From positions 136,942 to 200,941 of the forward strand of contig NZ_JALBUT010000004.1 in NCBI RefSeq assembly GCF_033971905.1: a DNA stretch of 64,000 nt, given 5' to 3'. Position numbers and translations under genes: made by a program. Positions 9,998 through 18,805 of this stretch are shown here, piece by piece. Origin of the DNA: Intestinicryptomonas porci (GTDB lineage Bacteria; Verrucomicrobiota; Verrucomicrobiia; Opitutales; Intestinicryptomonadaceae). Below the pieces are notes generated by a model. It was not told where the DNA came from, did not search any database, and worked only from the letters and a program-made list of their open reading frames with translations. The stretch's first letter is position 1, and every line of letters begins with the position of its first letter.

Positions 9998-10911
9998 GAT
10001 TTAAAGAAGTCGAAAAAATTAAACCACTGCAAGGGGGTATCGAGAGCGGATTTTTCCAAAAACGCGGCGTATTCCCTTGCGAGGTTTTCTCCGCGCCTTT
10101 TTGACTTTGCAAACTCTGCCATTTTGATTGTCGCAAAATATTTTCCATTTTTTTCCGCGCAGTTTGCGAAAAACACGGGGCGTTTTAGCATTTCGGCAAG
10201 CTGGAAAACTCCGCTTGGCAGATTGCATTTTTTGCCCAAAACAATTTCTTCGAAAAACTTTTCGGGGGCGCGTTTTGAAAGCCTGTCGCCCGCTGCGATA
10301 ATCAAATTTCCCCGTTCAAGCTCGGCGTCAAGATGTCCGAAAGTCGCGATGTTTATGTTTGAGACGTCCAAGAAATGGAAAGAATTTTCTTTTGATTTTG
10401 AAAGAAATTCCGTTCTGAAAATAGATTCCGACCAATTTTCGACAAGGGCGAAGATTTCGGGTTTTCGCGTTCCGAAAGCCGCCGCTCCGTTTGTGCCGAG
10501 AACTTCAAAATTGCCAATGTGCGAAAAAATCAAAAATGCGCCTTTCCCCGAATTTACAAGCGTTTTAAATTCTTCCGCGTCGTGGGAATTTTCAAAAAAA
10601 ACGCAATTTTTCGGAATGCGCCCCGACAGCGAAAGCATTTTATCGAGCATCGAAAGCGCGTAGTTATAGATAAGCCTGAAAACTCTCGGCTTGGTCGGAC
10701 TTATTTCTCTTCTTTTTTCAAATTCGTTCAAAACGCCGAAAAATTTTTTTGCGGAAGTTCTCGCTTCCGCCAAAAACGGGTATGCGCAAACGACAATGAA
10801 AAATATCAGAAACCGCGCGGCTCTGCGCCCAAAAACAATGCAAAACCACCAGACGATTTTTATCCTTAAAACGCCCGCGCATTTCTCTTTCTGGTTGAAC
10901 CATTCGCTCAT
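9994..10911 (-). CDS. LpxL/HtrB-family (lipid-A-type lauroyl/myristoyl) acyltransferase, ApeD-like
   Basis: SHIGNFEV matches the HxGNxE/HX4D-type motif of the LpxL family, and the N-terminus is a membrane anchor. Its stop codon overlaps the convergent KAS stop. Confidence 0.65.
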   Translation of the reverse strand: MSEWFNQKEKCAGVLRIKIVWWFCIVFGRRAARFLIFFIVVCAYPFLAEARTSAKKFFGVLNEFEKRREISPTKPRVFRLIYNYALSMLDKMLSLSGRIPKNCVFFENSHDAEEFKTLVNSGKGAFLIFSHIGNFEVLGTNGAAAFGTRKPEIFALVENWSESIFRTEFLSKSKENSFHFLDVSNINIATFGHLDAELERGNLIIAAGDRLSKRAPEKFFEEIVLGKKCNLPSGVFQLAEMLKRPVFFANCAEKNGKYFATIKMAEFAKSKRRGENLAREYAAFLEKSALDTPLQWFNFFDFFKS

Positions 10912-13013
10912 TTTTCCTCCGCAAGAAAAAGCGATATGAAATATGCAAATCCAAGCCCGAGGGCGAGCATCTCTCCGATGGAGCTTATCGCCTTAAACGA
11001 CGTGAATGCAAGCGCGCCAAAGCCGATTATGCTTGTCGCAAAAGAAATAAACACGGCGTTTTTTGTAAGCGTGGAATTATTTGAATAATGGAAAATAGAA
11101 TAGTCTATGCCAAGCCCCATTAAAATAAATAGAGCCAAGATATGGAATAAATTTACGTTTGCGCCTAAAATCCAAAATATGAAAATCGGAAGCCCTGCCG
11201 ACAAGACCACGGGCAAAATCAGTTTGAAAAAACTCCTTCTGAAAACGAGCGCAAACATTGCGGCAAGCGCAAGAAAACTTGCCGCAATTAAAGCCGCCGA
11301 AGATTTCATGTATGAGTCAAAAATGCCGTTTAGAAATTCAGGGGGCGAAAACGTTTCAAGAGCGCAGTTTTCGTCTTTGCCCACGGGAATGATTGCAGTC
11401 CAACTGCCGTTTTCTCCGTGAAGCATGCTTGAAACGGCATCTTCAAAAAGCGTGCCTTTAAGATCTTCGATTTTAAGCGGCTTTTGCCCTTTGGGCATTT
11501 CAAATTTTTTGTTTGCGCCTATTGATTTTTGGAGCTTTTCGGCGTATTTTTCGTAAAGGTTTTCAATAAGCCTTTTGTTTTTTTCCTGGCGATTTAAAGA
11601 CGGGATAAATCTTGAAATTCCGCTTGCGCCGGCGTTTTCTTCGCATGTCAAAATACTGTCTATCGAAGAGCCTTTTATTATCGCAAGCTTCTTTTCTGTG
11701 TCCTTGAATATTTCAGAAAGCGACTTCTCCTGTAGGAGCAAGTCTTTATCCGGAACGTAAAGATCCGTTGCCTGAGTTTTGAATTTTGCAAAAATCAGCC
11801 CCGAAAGCGACGCCGACACAAGCGCAATTACGGCAATGTTTTTCAGCCTGCCCAGTTTCGGGATGGGAATTTTCAATACCGACTGATTGAAATCGGGCTT
11901 CAATTTTCTTACAATCAAAGGATAGAAAAACCTCACAAATAAATACGATGAAATCAACCCCGCAATGGAAAATACCGAGATTTCTTTAAGCAAGTCGAGG
12001 CTTGAAAAATACAAGACCGCAAAGCAGACAAGCGTTGTCGCGAGCGTTTTGTTCAAGGGCTTTTCGATGCTTTTAAAGGCGTCTTCGGGGGAGAATTTTT
12101 TGCATGCGGAAAAATAATGGTATGAATAGTCAACAGAAAGCCCAATCAAACTTGTCGCAAAAATCAGGACGCATACATGGGGTTTATCAAAGAAAAATAC
12201 GAGGGTAGCAAGCGCGAATACAAAGGAGGAACATAGAGATATTGCCATCGGCAAAAATATTTTGGCTGTTCCAAACGCCCAATAACCCAGCGCAAAAACC
12301 AAGGTCAAAGAAACTGCCGAAAGAAAATTTATTTCGCTTTTTGATTTTTTCGACACTTTTAAGCTGTGTATGCGTGCACCGCTTTTATAGACTTCCAAAT
12401 CTTTGTTTTTTAGATTTTCAAGATTTTCAATTTTGCTTTCGAGTTCGGCGTCGGTTAAATTCAGCGTATTTAAAATCGCCGCCGCGTAGAATTTTCCGCC
12501 TTCTTCCTTCTCCAAAAAACCGTCCGACATTTTCCAACCGCCGCCGTATTCGAGGAGGCTTTTAACGTATTCTTCCAATAGAAAGAAAGGGTCTTTTGAA
12601 ACCTTGAAAATCGAGGCGCGGTAGGGGGATAGAATTTTTCTTTTTGCTTCGCTTAAAATTTTTTCTCCTCCGCCGCTTTCGATTATTGCCGCGCTCTCGG
12701 GGGAAAGAATATAGCTTGAATGCTCTAAAAGAAGCGTTTTTGCCGCGTTTAATTTTTCAGAATTGTCCCTTTCAACCCCAAGGATTTTCGCGGCTTTTTC
12801 TTTTGCGGCTTCCAGCGTTTCGCGGTTTTCTGACGCAAGGACAATTCTTATTTTCGAGGAATTGTTTTTTATGAAATCAAGCTCCGCGCTCTTGTTTTTG
12901 CCGCTTGCAAGCTCAAAAATTCCATACTCGAAATCAATAGGCACGCATAGCAGAAAAAGCGCGGAAAGCGCAAAAACCGCGGCGTATATAAATCTGAAAA
13001 TGGTGTCTTTCAA
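10908..13013 (-). CDS. MMPL/RND-superfamily exporter
   Basis: The 701-aa product has two blocks of multiple TM helices separated by a large soluble domain. This is the usual position of an MMPL exporter in APE-type clusters. Confidence 0.6.
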   Translation of the reverse strand: MKDTIFRFIYAAVFALSALFLLCVPIDFEYGIFELASGKNKSAELDFIKNNSSKIRIVLASENRETLEAAKEKAAKILGVERDNSEKLNAAKTLLLEHSSYILSPESAAIIESGGGEKILSEAKRKILSPYRASIFKVSKDPFFLLEEYVKSLLEYGGGWKMSDGFLEKEEGGKFYAAAILNTLNLTDAELESKIENLENLKNKDLEVYKSGARIHSLKVSKKSKSEINFLSAVSLTLVFALGYWAFGTAKIFLPMAISLCSSFVFALATLVFFFDKPHVCVLIFATSLIGLSVDYSYHYFSACKKFSPEDAFKSIEKPLNKTLATTLVCFAVLYFSSLDLLKEISVFSIAGLISSYLFVRFFYPLIVRKLKPDFNQSVLKIPIPKLGRLKNIAVIALVSASLSGLIFAKFKTQATDLYVPDKDLLLQEKSLSEIFKDTEKKLAIIKGSSIDSILTCEENAGASGISRFIPSLNRQEKNKRLIENLYEKYAEKLQKSIGANKKFEMPKGQKPLKIEDLKGTLFEDAVSSMLHGENGSWTAIIPVGKDENCALETFSPPEFLNGIFDSYMKSSAALIAASFLALAAMFALVFRRSFFKLILPVVLSAGLPIFIFWILGANVNLFHILALFILMGLGIDYSIFHYSNNSTLTKNAVFISFATSIIGFGALAFTSFKAISSIGEMLALGLGFAYFISLFLAEEK

Positions 13014-13552
13014 AGGGTTTCTTTAAATTCAATTTTTATTATGGTTCCGTTCGCGAGTTCGAGTCGGCATTTTTCAAGACCGGATTTTCCAAAGCAAAGA
13101 GTTGCCGATTCAAGCCCGTTTTTAATTTTTGATATTTTGGGTAAAAGTTTTATTACGGTTTCGACGTCTTCGTCTTTTAAAATTTCCGTTTTAAATTTGT
13201 CTTCCAAGTCCGAAAAATCCCCTTTGAAGAGCTTTGAGTTGCCTATGCCGAATTTTTCAAGAGACTGCCTTTTTGTCCCGCTTGAAGACGATATTTCGTA
13301 AAATTTGTCGGACGCAAAGAATGTAAATTCGTTTGGCGAAAGATTTTTCCATGTAATGCCGACTCCATGCTCAAAGCGAAAAACGCCTATGCTTTTTACG
13401 CTCACGCCAATATCGGGCATTTCCTTTTCAAGAACAAAAGAACCGATGGCAAGCTTTTTATCGGCGGCAAGTTTTTGAAGCCTCGCGGGGATTTCAGCGG
13501 CGAAAGCTTGCGCCAAGAAAAATGTCAATAAGAGCGTCAATAAAAATTTCAT
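13010..13552 (-). CDS. LolA-like outer-membrane lipoprotein carrier-fold protein
   Basis: A signal peptide (MKFLLTLLLTFFLAQAFA) precedes a ~160-aa soluble domain. Context matches the ApeG-like component. Confidence 0.45.
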   Translation of the reverse strand: MKFLLTLLLTFFLAQAFAAEIPARLQKLAADKKLAIGSFVLEKEMPDIGVSVKSIGVFRFEHGVGITWKNLSPNEFTFFASDKFYEISSSSGTKRQSLEKFGIGNSKLFKGDFSDLEDKFKTEILKDEDVETVIKLLPKISKIKNGLESATLCFGKSGLEKCRLELANGTIIKIEFKETL

Positions 13553-13947
13553 TGTAAAATCCGTTCTTTTATTTTTGCGGGCAGTTCAAAGCATGATGTC
13601 TTTGATTTAATGTTTACGCACATCTGTTTTGTTTCTGCCGAGCATATTTTTTCGCCGCTTTTGAAATCTTTTGCGATGTATTTTATGTGCAGGAAATTTT
13701 CGCTCGGAACAATCTTTGCAGATACTGAAAGCTCCTGTCCGAACTCAGAAGGGCTTATGTATTTTACGCTCATCTTGACCACAGGGAAAGCGTATCCGAG
13801 CCTTTCCATTTCGCGGTAGTCAAGCCCGATTTTTTCGAGCAGGGCGCATCTTGCCTTTTCAAAATATTTTATATAGTTTCCGTGCCAAACCACCTGCATT
13901 GGGTCGAGATCGTAAAACGGAACTTTTATTTTTACCGACGCTTCCAT
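13549..13947 (-). CDS. 4HBT/YbgC-like acyl-CoA/ACP thioesterase
   Basis: The 132-aa hotdog protein begins ...YDLDPMQVVWHGNYIKYFEKAR, which matches the thioesterase family. Confidence 0.7.
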   Translation of the reverse strand: MEASVKIKVPFYDLDPMQVVWHGNYIKYFEKARCALLEKIGLDYREMERLGYAFPVVKMSVKYISPSEFGQELSVSAKIVPSENFLHIKYIAKDFKSGEKICSAETKQMCVNIKSKTSCFELPAKIKERILQ

Positions 13948-14657
13948 ATAAAAATTTTCTCTTTTAAAAATTTAAAAATCCCTTCGGCGCAGAGCAGGGC
14001 ATGCAGTGCGGAAATCGACGCGTTGTCTTTTATCATTCTGAAATTCGACGCTCCGTTTTCGGGATACTTTACAGCTACATCCATGTTTATTATTTGGCAT
14101 CCCGCCCGCGCAAGGCGGACGATGATTTCGATATCAAAGCCCATCCGCGCAAATTTAAGGCTATGCATAACCTCTGAAACTTTCTTCAGTGGATAAATCC
14201 TAAATCCGCACATGGCGTCGCGTATTTTTACCCCCGGAACTTCAAGGGCAACCCAGAAATTCGTAATTTTCCTTCCGTAAAACCTCGAAGCGGGAGCATT
14301 TTCGTAAACAGGGCATCCGTTTATAACGGCATCTGGATTTTCCACCGACGCCTTTTTGAAGTCTTCAAATGAGCCAATGCCGTGCTGTCCGTCCGCATCT
14401 ATTTGGAATACATGCGTAAAACCAAGCTCGCGCGCTTTTTCTGCGCCGCGGCAAAAAGCGGCTCCCTTTCCGAGATTTTTTTCATTTTTTGCAAAAATAA
14501 GCCCGTTTTCTTTTGCGAGGCTTTCAATCTCATTGGCTTCGCGGCTTCCGTCATCGACGAGTATCACGGGTGCGCCGAGCGACAGCAGTTTAGGCAAAAA
14601 CTCCTTAAACTGTTCTGCATGGTTGAAAATGGGAACTACTATTGCAAGATTATGCAT
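13932..14657 (-). CDS. family-2 glycosyltransferase
   Basis: The N-terminal motif APVILVDDGSRE and a DxD motif (QIDADGQH) are present. Confidence 0.75.
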   Translation of the reverse strand: MHNLAIVVPIFNHAEQFKEFLPKLLSLGAPVILVDDGSREANEIESLAKENGLIFAKNEKNLGKGAAFCRGAEKARELGFTHVFQIDADGQHGIGSFEDFKKASVENPDAVINGCPVYENAPASRFYGRKITNFWVALEVPGVKIRDAMCGFRIYPLKKVSEVMHSLKFARMGFDIEIIVRLARAGCQIINMDVAVKYPENGASNFRMIKDNASISALHALLCAEGIFKFLKEKIFIWKRR

Positions 14658-14660
14658 TTT

Positions 14661-16325
14661 TCAAAATTCCAAAACTCCCGAAGAACAGGGAAGCCCTTGT
14701 TTTGAATAGGAAAACGTGCAGGAATTTTCCCCGTTTTTTATTGAAAGCAAGACAATTTCGCGCGGTCTTATTATGTTTGAAAATTTCAGCCTTTTTACAC
14801 GCTTGGGATAATCGGTTTTGTCAAAAAGCTTTTTTGCAAAGTTAATGGCAAAGTGGAGCTGGATAGCCCCCGGCAAAATTTTTGCCATCGAGAAATGTCC
14901 GTTAAAATACGCGCTCTCGGCGGCAAAAAATATTTCCATATCCGCGCCAAAGTCGTGTTTTTTTATGTCGCAAATTATTGGCTCTTCCGTCTTCAAATTA
15001 AAATTTTTTTTAATTTCGCCCTTTAAAATTTTGCCCTGAGCGTTCGTCGGAATTGAATTTACAACCTTTATTTTTCGGAGAGAAAATTTGGAGTAGAAAC
15101 TTTCTTTTACGCGCCTGTTTATTTCGCTTAGAAGTTTCAGGCGACCGTTTTCCATAAAAAACCGCCTGCCTTCGGAATTTAAAACAATAAGCGCCCTAAG
15201 CGCATTGCCATCAAAATCCACATGGCAGTTTTCGACAAATTCGTGCGCCAAAACCGCATTTTCCATATCGGGAATATTAAGCTGTGTTTCGCCGATTTTA
15301 ACGAGCCTGTCTATGCGCCCGAAAAAATTAAATTTTCTTCCGCCGCAAAAAATTTCCACGATGTCGTTCGTCTGAAATTCTCCGCCGAGCGCGTAGGGGG
15401 ATTTGGCGAGCAGGCATCCCCGAGCGTCAATGCCGATTTCAACTTCCCCAAAAACGCTCCAAGAATCGGAAACGCCTCTGTTTCTGCTTGCAATGCCGCC
15501 GCTTTCGGTGCTTCCGAAAATCTCCGTGGGAATTGCGCCCCAAATTTCCTTTGCATCGGCGCATGCCTTTTCTTTCAAAAGCCCGCCGCTTGTCGTGATT
15601 GCAGCCACATTTTGCGGGAAATCGTAAAGCTCGCGGTGCCTTGCGACAGCTTCGATGAAAGACGGCGTTGTTATAAACAAGACTTTCTGATTTTGCTTTT
15701 GAATTGCAATAAGTGTTTCAGGATCTCTTATCGTTATTGAATGCGCGGGCATTTTTAGCGACATCGGATAAAGAAGCCTCCAAAGCATTCCATACAAATG
15801 GAAAGGCTCGCAAGTCGAAACCACCGCGCAGTCTTCAAAACGCCCCATGATACTTGCGCTGTTTTTAGTTTCATCGCTTAGAGTTGCGAAGGTTTTTTCA
15901 ATCATCTTGGGCGCGGATGTGGAGCCCGACGTAAAAAAGCACACCCTGCTTTCGCGCATATTTATAAAATCGAATTCGCATTCGGGAAGGTCTTTGGGAA
16001 TGTCGAATAAATTTGCAGAAAGCGTTTTCTTGTTGGTTATTACGGGCAGATTTTCGCTTTTTGAAAAATCTTCCGCCATCTTTTCGGAAGATGGAAGCAT
16101 GACACGCTTTTTTGCCTGCAAGAGCGCAAAGAAAAGCGTTGCAAACAAAACGGCGTCGCCTTCGACGTACAATACAAAATCTTCATGTTTGCTCCCTGCG
16201 AAATGCGAAGCGTATCTTGCAACGTCTTTTTTCATTTGCCCAAACGAAACCGAACCTTTTTCAAGCTTGAAAGCGGCAAAGTCTGAAACATTTTCCGTAA
16301 AGAAATTTTCGGGGCTAACAAACAT
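14661..16325 (-). CDS. AMP-dependent ligase (adenylation enzyme) fused to a C-terminal FabZ-like hotdog dehydratase
   Basis: The N-terminal part has adenylation motifs (FFTSGSTSAPK, FGSTESGG). The C-terminal ~130 aa carry YFNGHFSMAKILPGAIQL, resembling the FabZ motif FxGHFPxxPxMPGVL. Confidence 0.7.
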   Translation of the reverse strand: MFVSPENFFTENVSDFAAFKLEKGSVSFGQMKKDVARYASHFAGSKHEDFVLYVEGDAVLFATLFFALLQAKKRVMLPSSEKMAEDFSKSENLPVITNKKTLSANLFDIPKDLPECEFDFINMRESRVCFFTSGSTSAPKMIEKTFATLSDETKNSASIMGRFEDCAVVSTCEPFHLYGMLWRLLYPMSLKMPAHSITIRDPETLIAIQKQNQKVLFITTPSFIEAVARHRELYDFPQNVAAITTSGGLLKEKACADAKEIWGAIPTEIFGSTESGGIASRNRGVSDSWSVFGEVEIGIDARGCLLAKSPYALGGEFQTNDIVEIFCGGRKFNFFGRIDRLVKIGETQLNIPDMENAVLAHEFVENCHVDFDGNALRALIVLNSEGRRFFMENGRLKLLSEINRRVKESFYSKFSLRKIKVVNSIPTNAQGKILKGEIKKNFNLKTEEPIICDIKKHDFGADMEIFFAAESAYFNGHFSMAKILPGAIQLHFAINFAKKLFDKTDYPKRVKRLKFSNIIRPREIVLLSIKNGENSCTFSYSKQGLPCSSGVLEF

Positions 16326-16851
16326 CTTTTAAAGCCTTTCTACGCGCCAGGTATTCGAAAAAAAACATGAGCACAATTAAAATGTAAGACAAAAATCCGT
16401 TGAATGCCGCCCAAACTTCATTCGACATAAAAACGGTCGCAAGAGAACACATGGCGAGGAAAAACATAAACACCGCCCAGGCGAAAGTCGCCTTGCGCGC
16501 GTATTCTACCCCCTTTTGGGGGAGTGCTCCGCGCATTTTTTCGCCGATAATCTGAACGAGAGGCTTTTTTTTAAGCGAAAGCGCAAATACTGCCATTACG
16601 GTGAAATTCATCACAACGGGATAGAACTTGACCAACTCCGCCCTGCCAAGAACCGCCGAAAGCGCGATGACCGAAATCCCGCCAACAAGCAGGATTTTTT
16701 GGCGGTTTATGAAAAAGCCAAGCAACACCGCGATAGTCAAAACGGCAACCGCCGCTTCGCCGCATCCGCTTTTTATCGCGAAGAAAACCGCAAACGGATA
16801 GCATGCAACGACGGCGGCCGCAATGGCTTTTACTGGCGCGCTACTTTTCAT
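16315..16851 (-). CDS. integral membrane protein of unknown function (cluster-associated)
   Basis: The 178-aa product has 4-5 predicted TM helices. It overlaps both neighbours by 11 bp. Confidence 0.45.
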   Translation of the reverse strand: MKSSAPVKAIAAAVVACYPFAVFFAIKSGCGEAAVAVLTIAVLLGFFINRQKILLVGGISVIALSAVLGRAELVKFYPVVMNFTVMAVFALSLKKKPLVQIIGEKMRGALPQKGVEYARKATFAWAVFMFFLAMCSLATVFMSNEVWAAFNGFLSYILIVLMFFFEYLARRKALKDVC

Positions 16852-17092
16852 TCACAAGCTTTTCGACAATATCGACCACTTCGCCAAACGTTCTGATTTT
16901 CTTGAAATCTTCCGGATTTACGCGCTTTTTTGTCTTTTGCTGCAAGCGCACCACCAAATCGACCGCGTCTATCGAATCCAAATCAAGTTCCGTAAACAGG
17001 TTCGTGGAGTCGCTTATAGAGCTTTTTTCGCATTCAAACTCTTCGGAAAGAATGTCTTTTATAGAATTTGCAATTTCTTCTCTTGTTGCCAT
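16841..17092 (-). CDS. acyl carrier protein
   Basis: The 83-aa product has the phosphopantetheine attachment motif LDLDSIDAVDLV. Confidence 0.85.
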   Translation of the reverse strand: MATREEIANSIKDILSEEFECEKSSISDSTNLFTELDLDSIDAVDLVVRLQQKTKKRVNPEDFKKIRTFGEVVDIVEKLVNEK

Positions 17093-17096
17093 GTTT

Positions 17097-17369
17097 TTAT
17101 TTTGTTTGGGTTGATAAATTTTTTATGATGTAGTCGGCTATCGTATCCACCGAAAAGAATATTTCGCTGTTGTCTTCAAATTCAGAAAACGTAACGCCGA
17201 ACTTTTTTTTGATTTCCATTCCCAACTCCAAGGCGTCTATAGAGTCCAAGCCCAGTCCGTCCTTGAAAAGCGGGGCTGTCTGCTCTATGTCGTCGGGCGA
17301 CATGTCTTCCAAATTTAGAGCGGTTATGATTAGCTCTTTTACTTGTTCAGATATTTCTTTTTTATCCAT
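17097..17369 (-). CDS. acyl carrier protein (second, tandem copy)
   Basis: The 90-aa product has the motif LGLDSIDALELG. Confidence 0.85.
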   Translation of the reverse strand: MDKKEISEQVKELIITALNLEDMSPDDIEQTAPLFKDGLGLDSIDALELGMEIKKKFGVTFSEFEDNSEIFFSVDTIADYIIKNLSTQTK

Positions 17370-17375
17370 AAGTTG

Positions 17376-18119
17376 TTATATTTTTAAAATTTCCGATATT
17401 TTTGAAGTCAAAATCCTCGACTTTTTCGCGTTGCTTAAATCGGGGTTTGCTTCCGGAAAGATTGGGGCAAATTCTTGAAGCGCAAACTTCACTGTGCGGT
17501 TTGAAACGCTCAGCGGATTGGAGGTCTTCCCCAAAATCAAAGGGTCGCAAGTTATGCGCACGGGAATGACGTGGCAGGCTGTTTTTATCGCAATCCGCGC
17601 GGCTCCCGAATGCACTTTTTTGCGGGGATTGTCGCTGCGCGTGCCTTCTGGGAAAATTATGACATTTATTCCGCTTCTTATCGCGTCCGCCGCCTTGTCG
17701 ATTGATGAAATATCGAACTCCTTTGTGGGAATAAATATGCTCCTTACAATAGGCCTAAGCAAAATATTGCGAAGAAGAGACTCTTTTACGATGCAAACCG
17801 AGTTTTCATAGGAGCTCATCAAAAACACGATGTCAAGCAGAGTGGGGTGGTTTGCGGCAATTACAACTCCCCTGTGCGAAGAGTTCAAATTTTTCTTTTC
17901 AAGCTTTATCAAACGGAAAAACTCCAATCCGCCGACAAAAAATTTCCACGACAACCTTAACGCAGATATTGCATGTTCCTTTGAAAACAGCATGGCAACG
18001 GGAACAACCACTATCCCCATCAAAAAGCCGCCGACTCCGAACAATGCAAAGAATATTGCGGTTAAAACTGAACGCAAGAACGTCATACTGCCGATTTTAA
18101 TTTCAAAAATTTGCCGCAA
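17376..18119 (-). CDS. PlsC-family 1-acylglycerol-3-phosphate acyltransferase-like protein
   Basis: Both family motifs are present (AANHPTLLD for NHxxxxD, and FPEGTRS), after an N-terminal TM anchor. Confidence 0.7.
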   Translation of the reverse strand: MRQIFEIKIGSMTFLRSVLTAIFFALFGVGGFLMGIVVVPVAMLFSKEHAISALRLSWKFFVGGLEFFRLIKLEKKNLNSSHRGVVIAANHPTLLDIVFLMSSYENSVCIVKESLLRNILLRPIVRSIFIPTKEFDISSIDKAADAIRSGINVIIFPEGTRSDNPRKKVHSGAARIAIKTACHVIPVRITCDPLILGKTSNPLSVSNRTVKFALQEFAPIFPEANPDLSNAKKSRILTSKISEILKI

Positions 18120-18742
18120 ATTTCTCCGCCGTTTTCAAAAAAGCATTTTAATTTTTCAAAACTCATCGGCTCTACCGAAAAATTGCCGAATTCGACGCAA
18201 ATTTCGCCGCTTTCGCAATTTTCACAATAAAACGCCAGCCCGCAAGGCGGCGCACTTTCGCCGTCAATCATATCAAGCAGCGGCTCCTGTGCATATACAA
18301 ACAAAACTTTGCCCGTTTCCAAAAAGGCTTCAACCAATCCCGCTTCGAGAGAATTTTCGCCCGCGGCAATGGCAGTGTAGGGAGACTTGTTCTTTTCAAC
18401 AATCGAAAACATACCCATCGGGAAATTGTGCACCGAAGAAGAAAAACCGTTCGGAGAAACGCCCATACCCGAGTTTAAGGAGTCGAAAAGCTTAATGCAG
18501 TCGTTCAAACAGCCGTATCTCGATGCAAAAACAGACTTGTAGCCGCTTTTGCCGCCCGCAAGGGCATTCGCCAATTGAAAAACGATTTTGCCCGTTAGGT
18601 CAAGCTTGCGCCTTGCAAGCATCGGCAAAAACGAAACATCCGGCGACGCTCCTTCAAAAATTTTAAATCCTTTAATTTTAATGGGCATAAAAAATCTTTT
18701 TAAATAACACCCATTAACAATGCAATAATAAAATTCCGCCAT
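18083..18742 (-). CDS. short beta-ketoacyl synthase-like protein (chain-length-factor-like, ApeO-like)
   Basis: The 219-aa protein has a thiolase-fold-like sequence but no catalytic KAS triad. It overlaps the downstream acyltransferase gene by 37 bp. Confidence 0.45.
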   Translation of the reverse strand: MAEFYYCIVNGCYLKRFFMPIKIKGFKIFEGASPDVSFLPMLARRKLDLTGKIVFQLANALAGGKSGYKSVFASRYGCLNDCIKLFDSLNSGMGVSPNGFSSSVHNFPMGMFSIVEKNKSPYTAIAAGENSLEAGLVEAFLETGKVLFVYAQEPLLDMIDGESAPPCGLAFYCENCESGEICVEFGNFSVEPMSFEKLKCFFENGGEICGKFLKLKSAV

Positions 18743-18805
18743 ATAAAGCGCATAAAAATCCCTTATGGAAAATTTTATGCTTTGGGGAACGCAAAAACTA
18801 TTCTG

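Noticed and set aside
16516-17128. Plus-strand ORFs (126 aa, 103 aa, 101 aa) antisense to the ACP and membrane-protein genes of the cluster.
   Set aside because: They are antisense to genes with clear motifs (DSIDA ACPs), and their Arg/Phe-rich composition is typical of reverse-frame artefacts.
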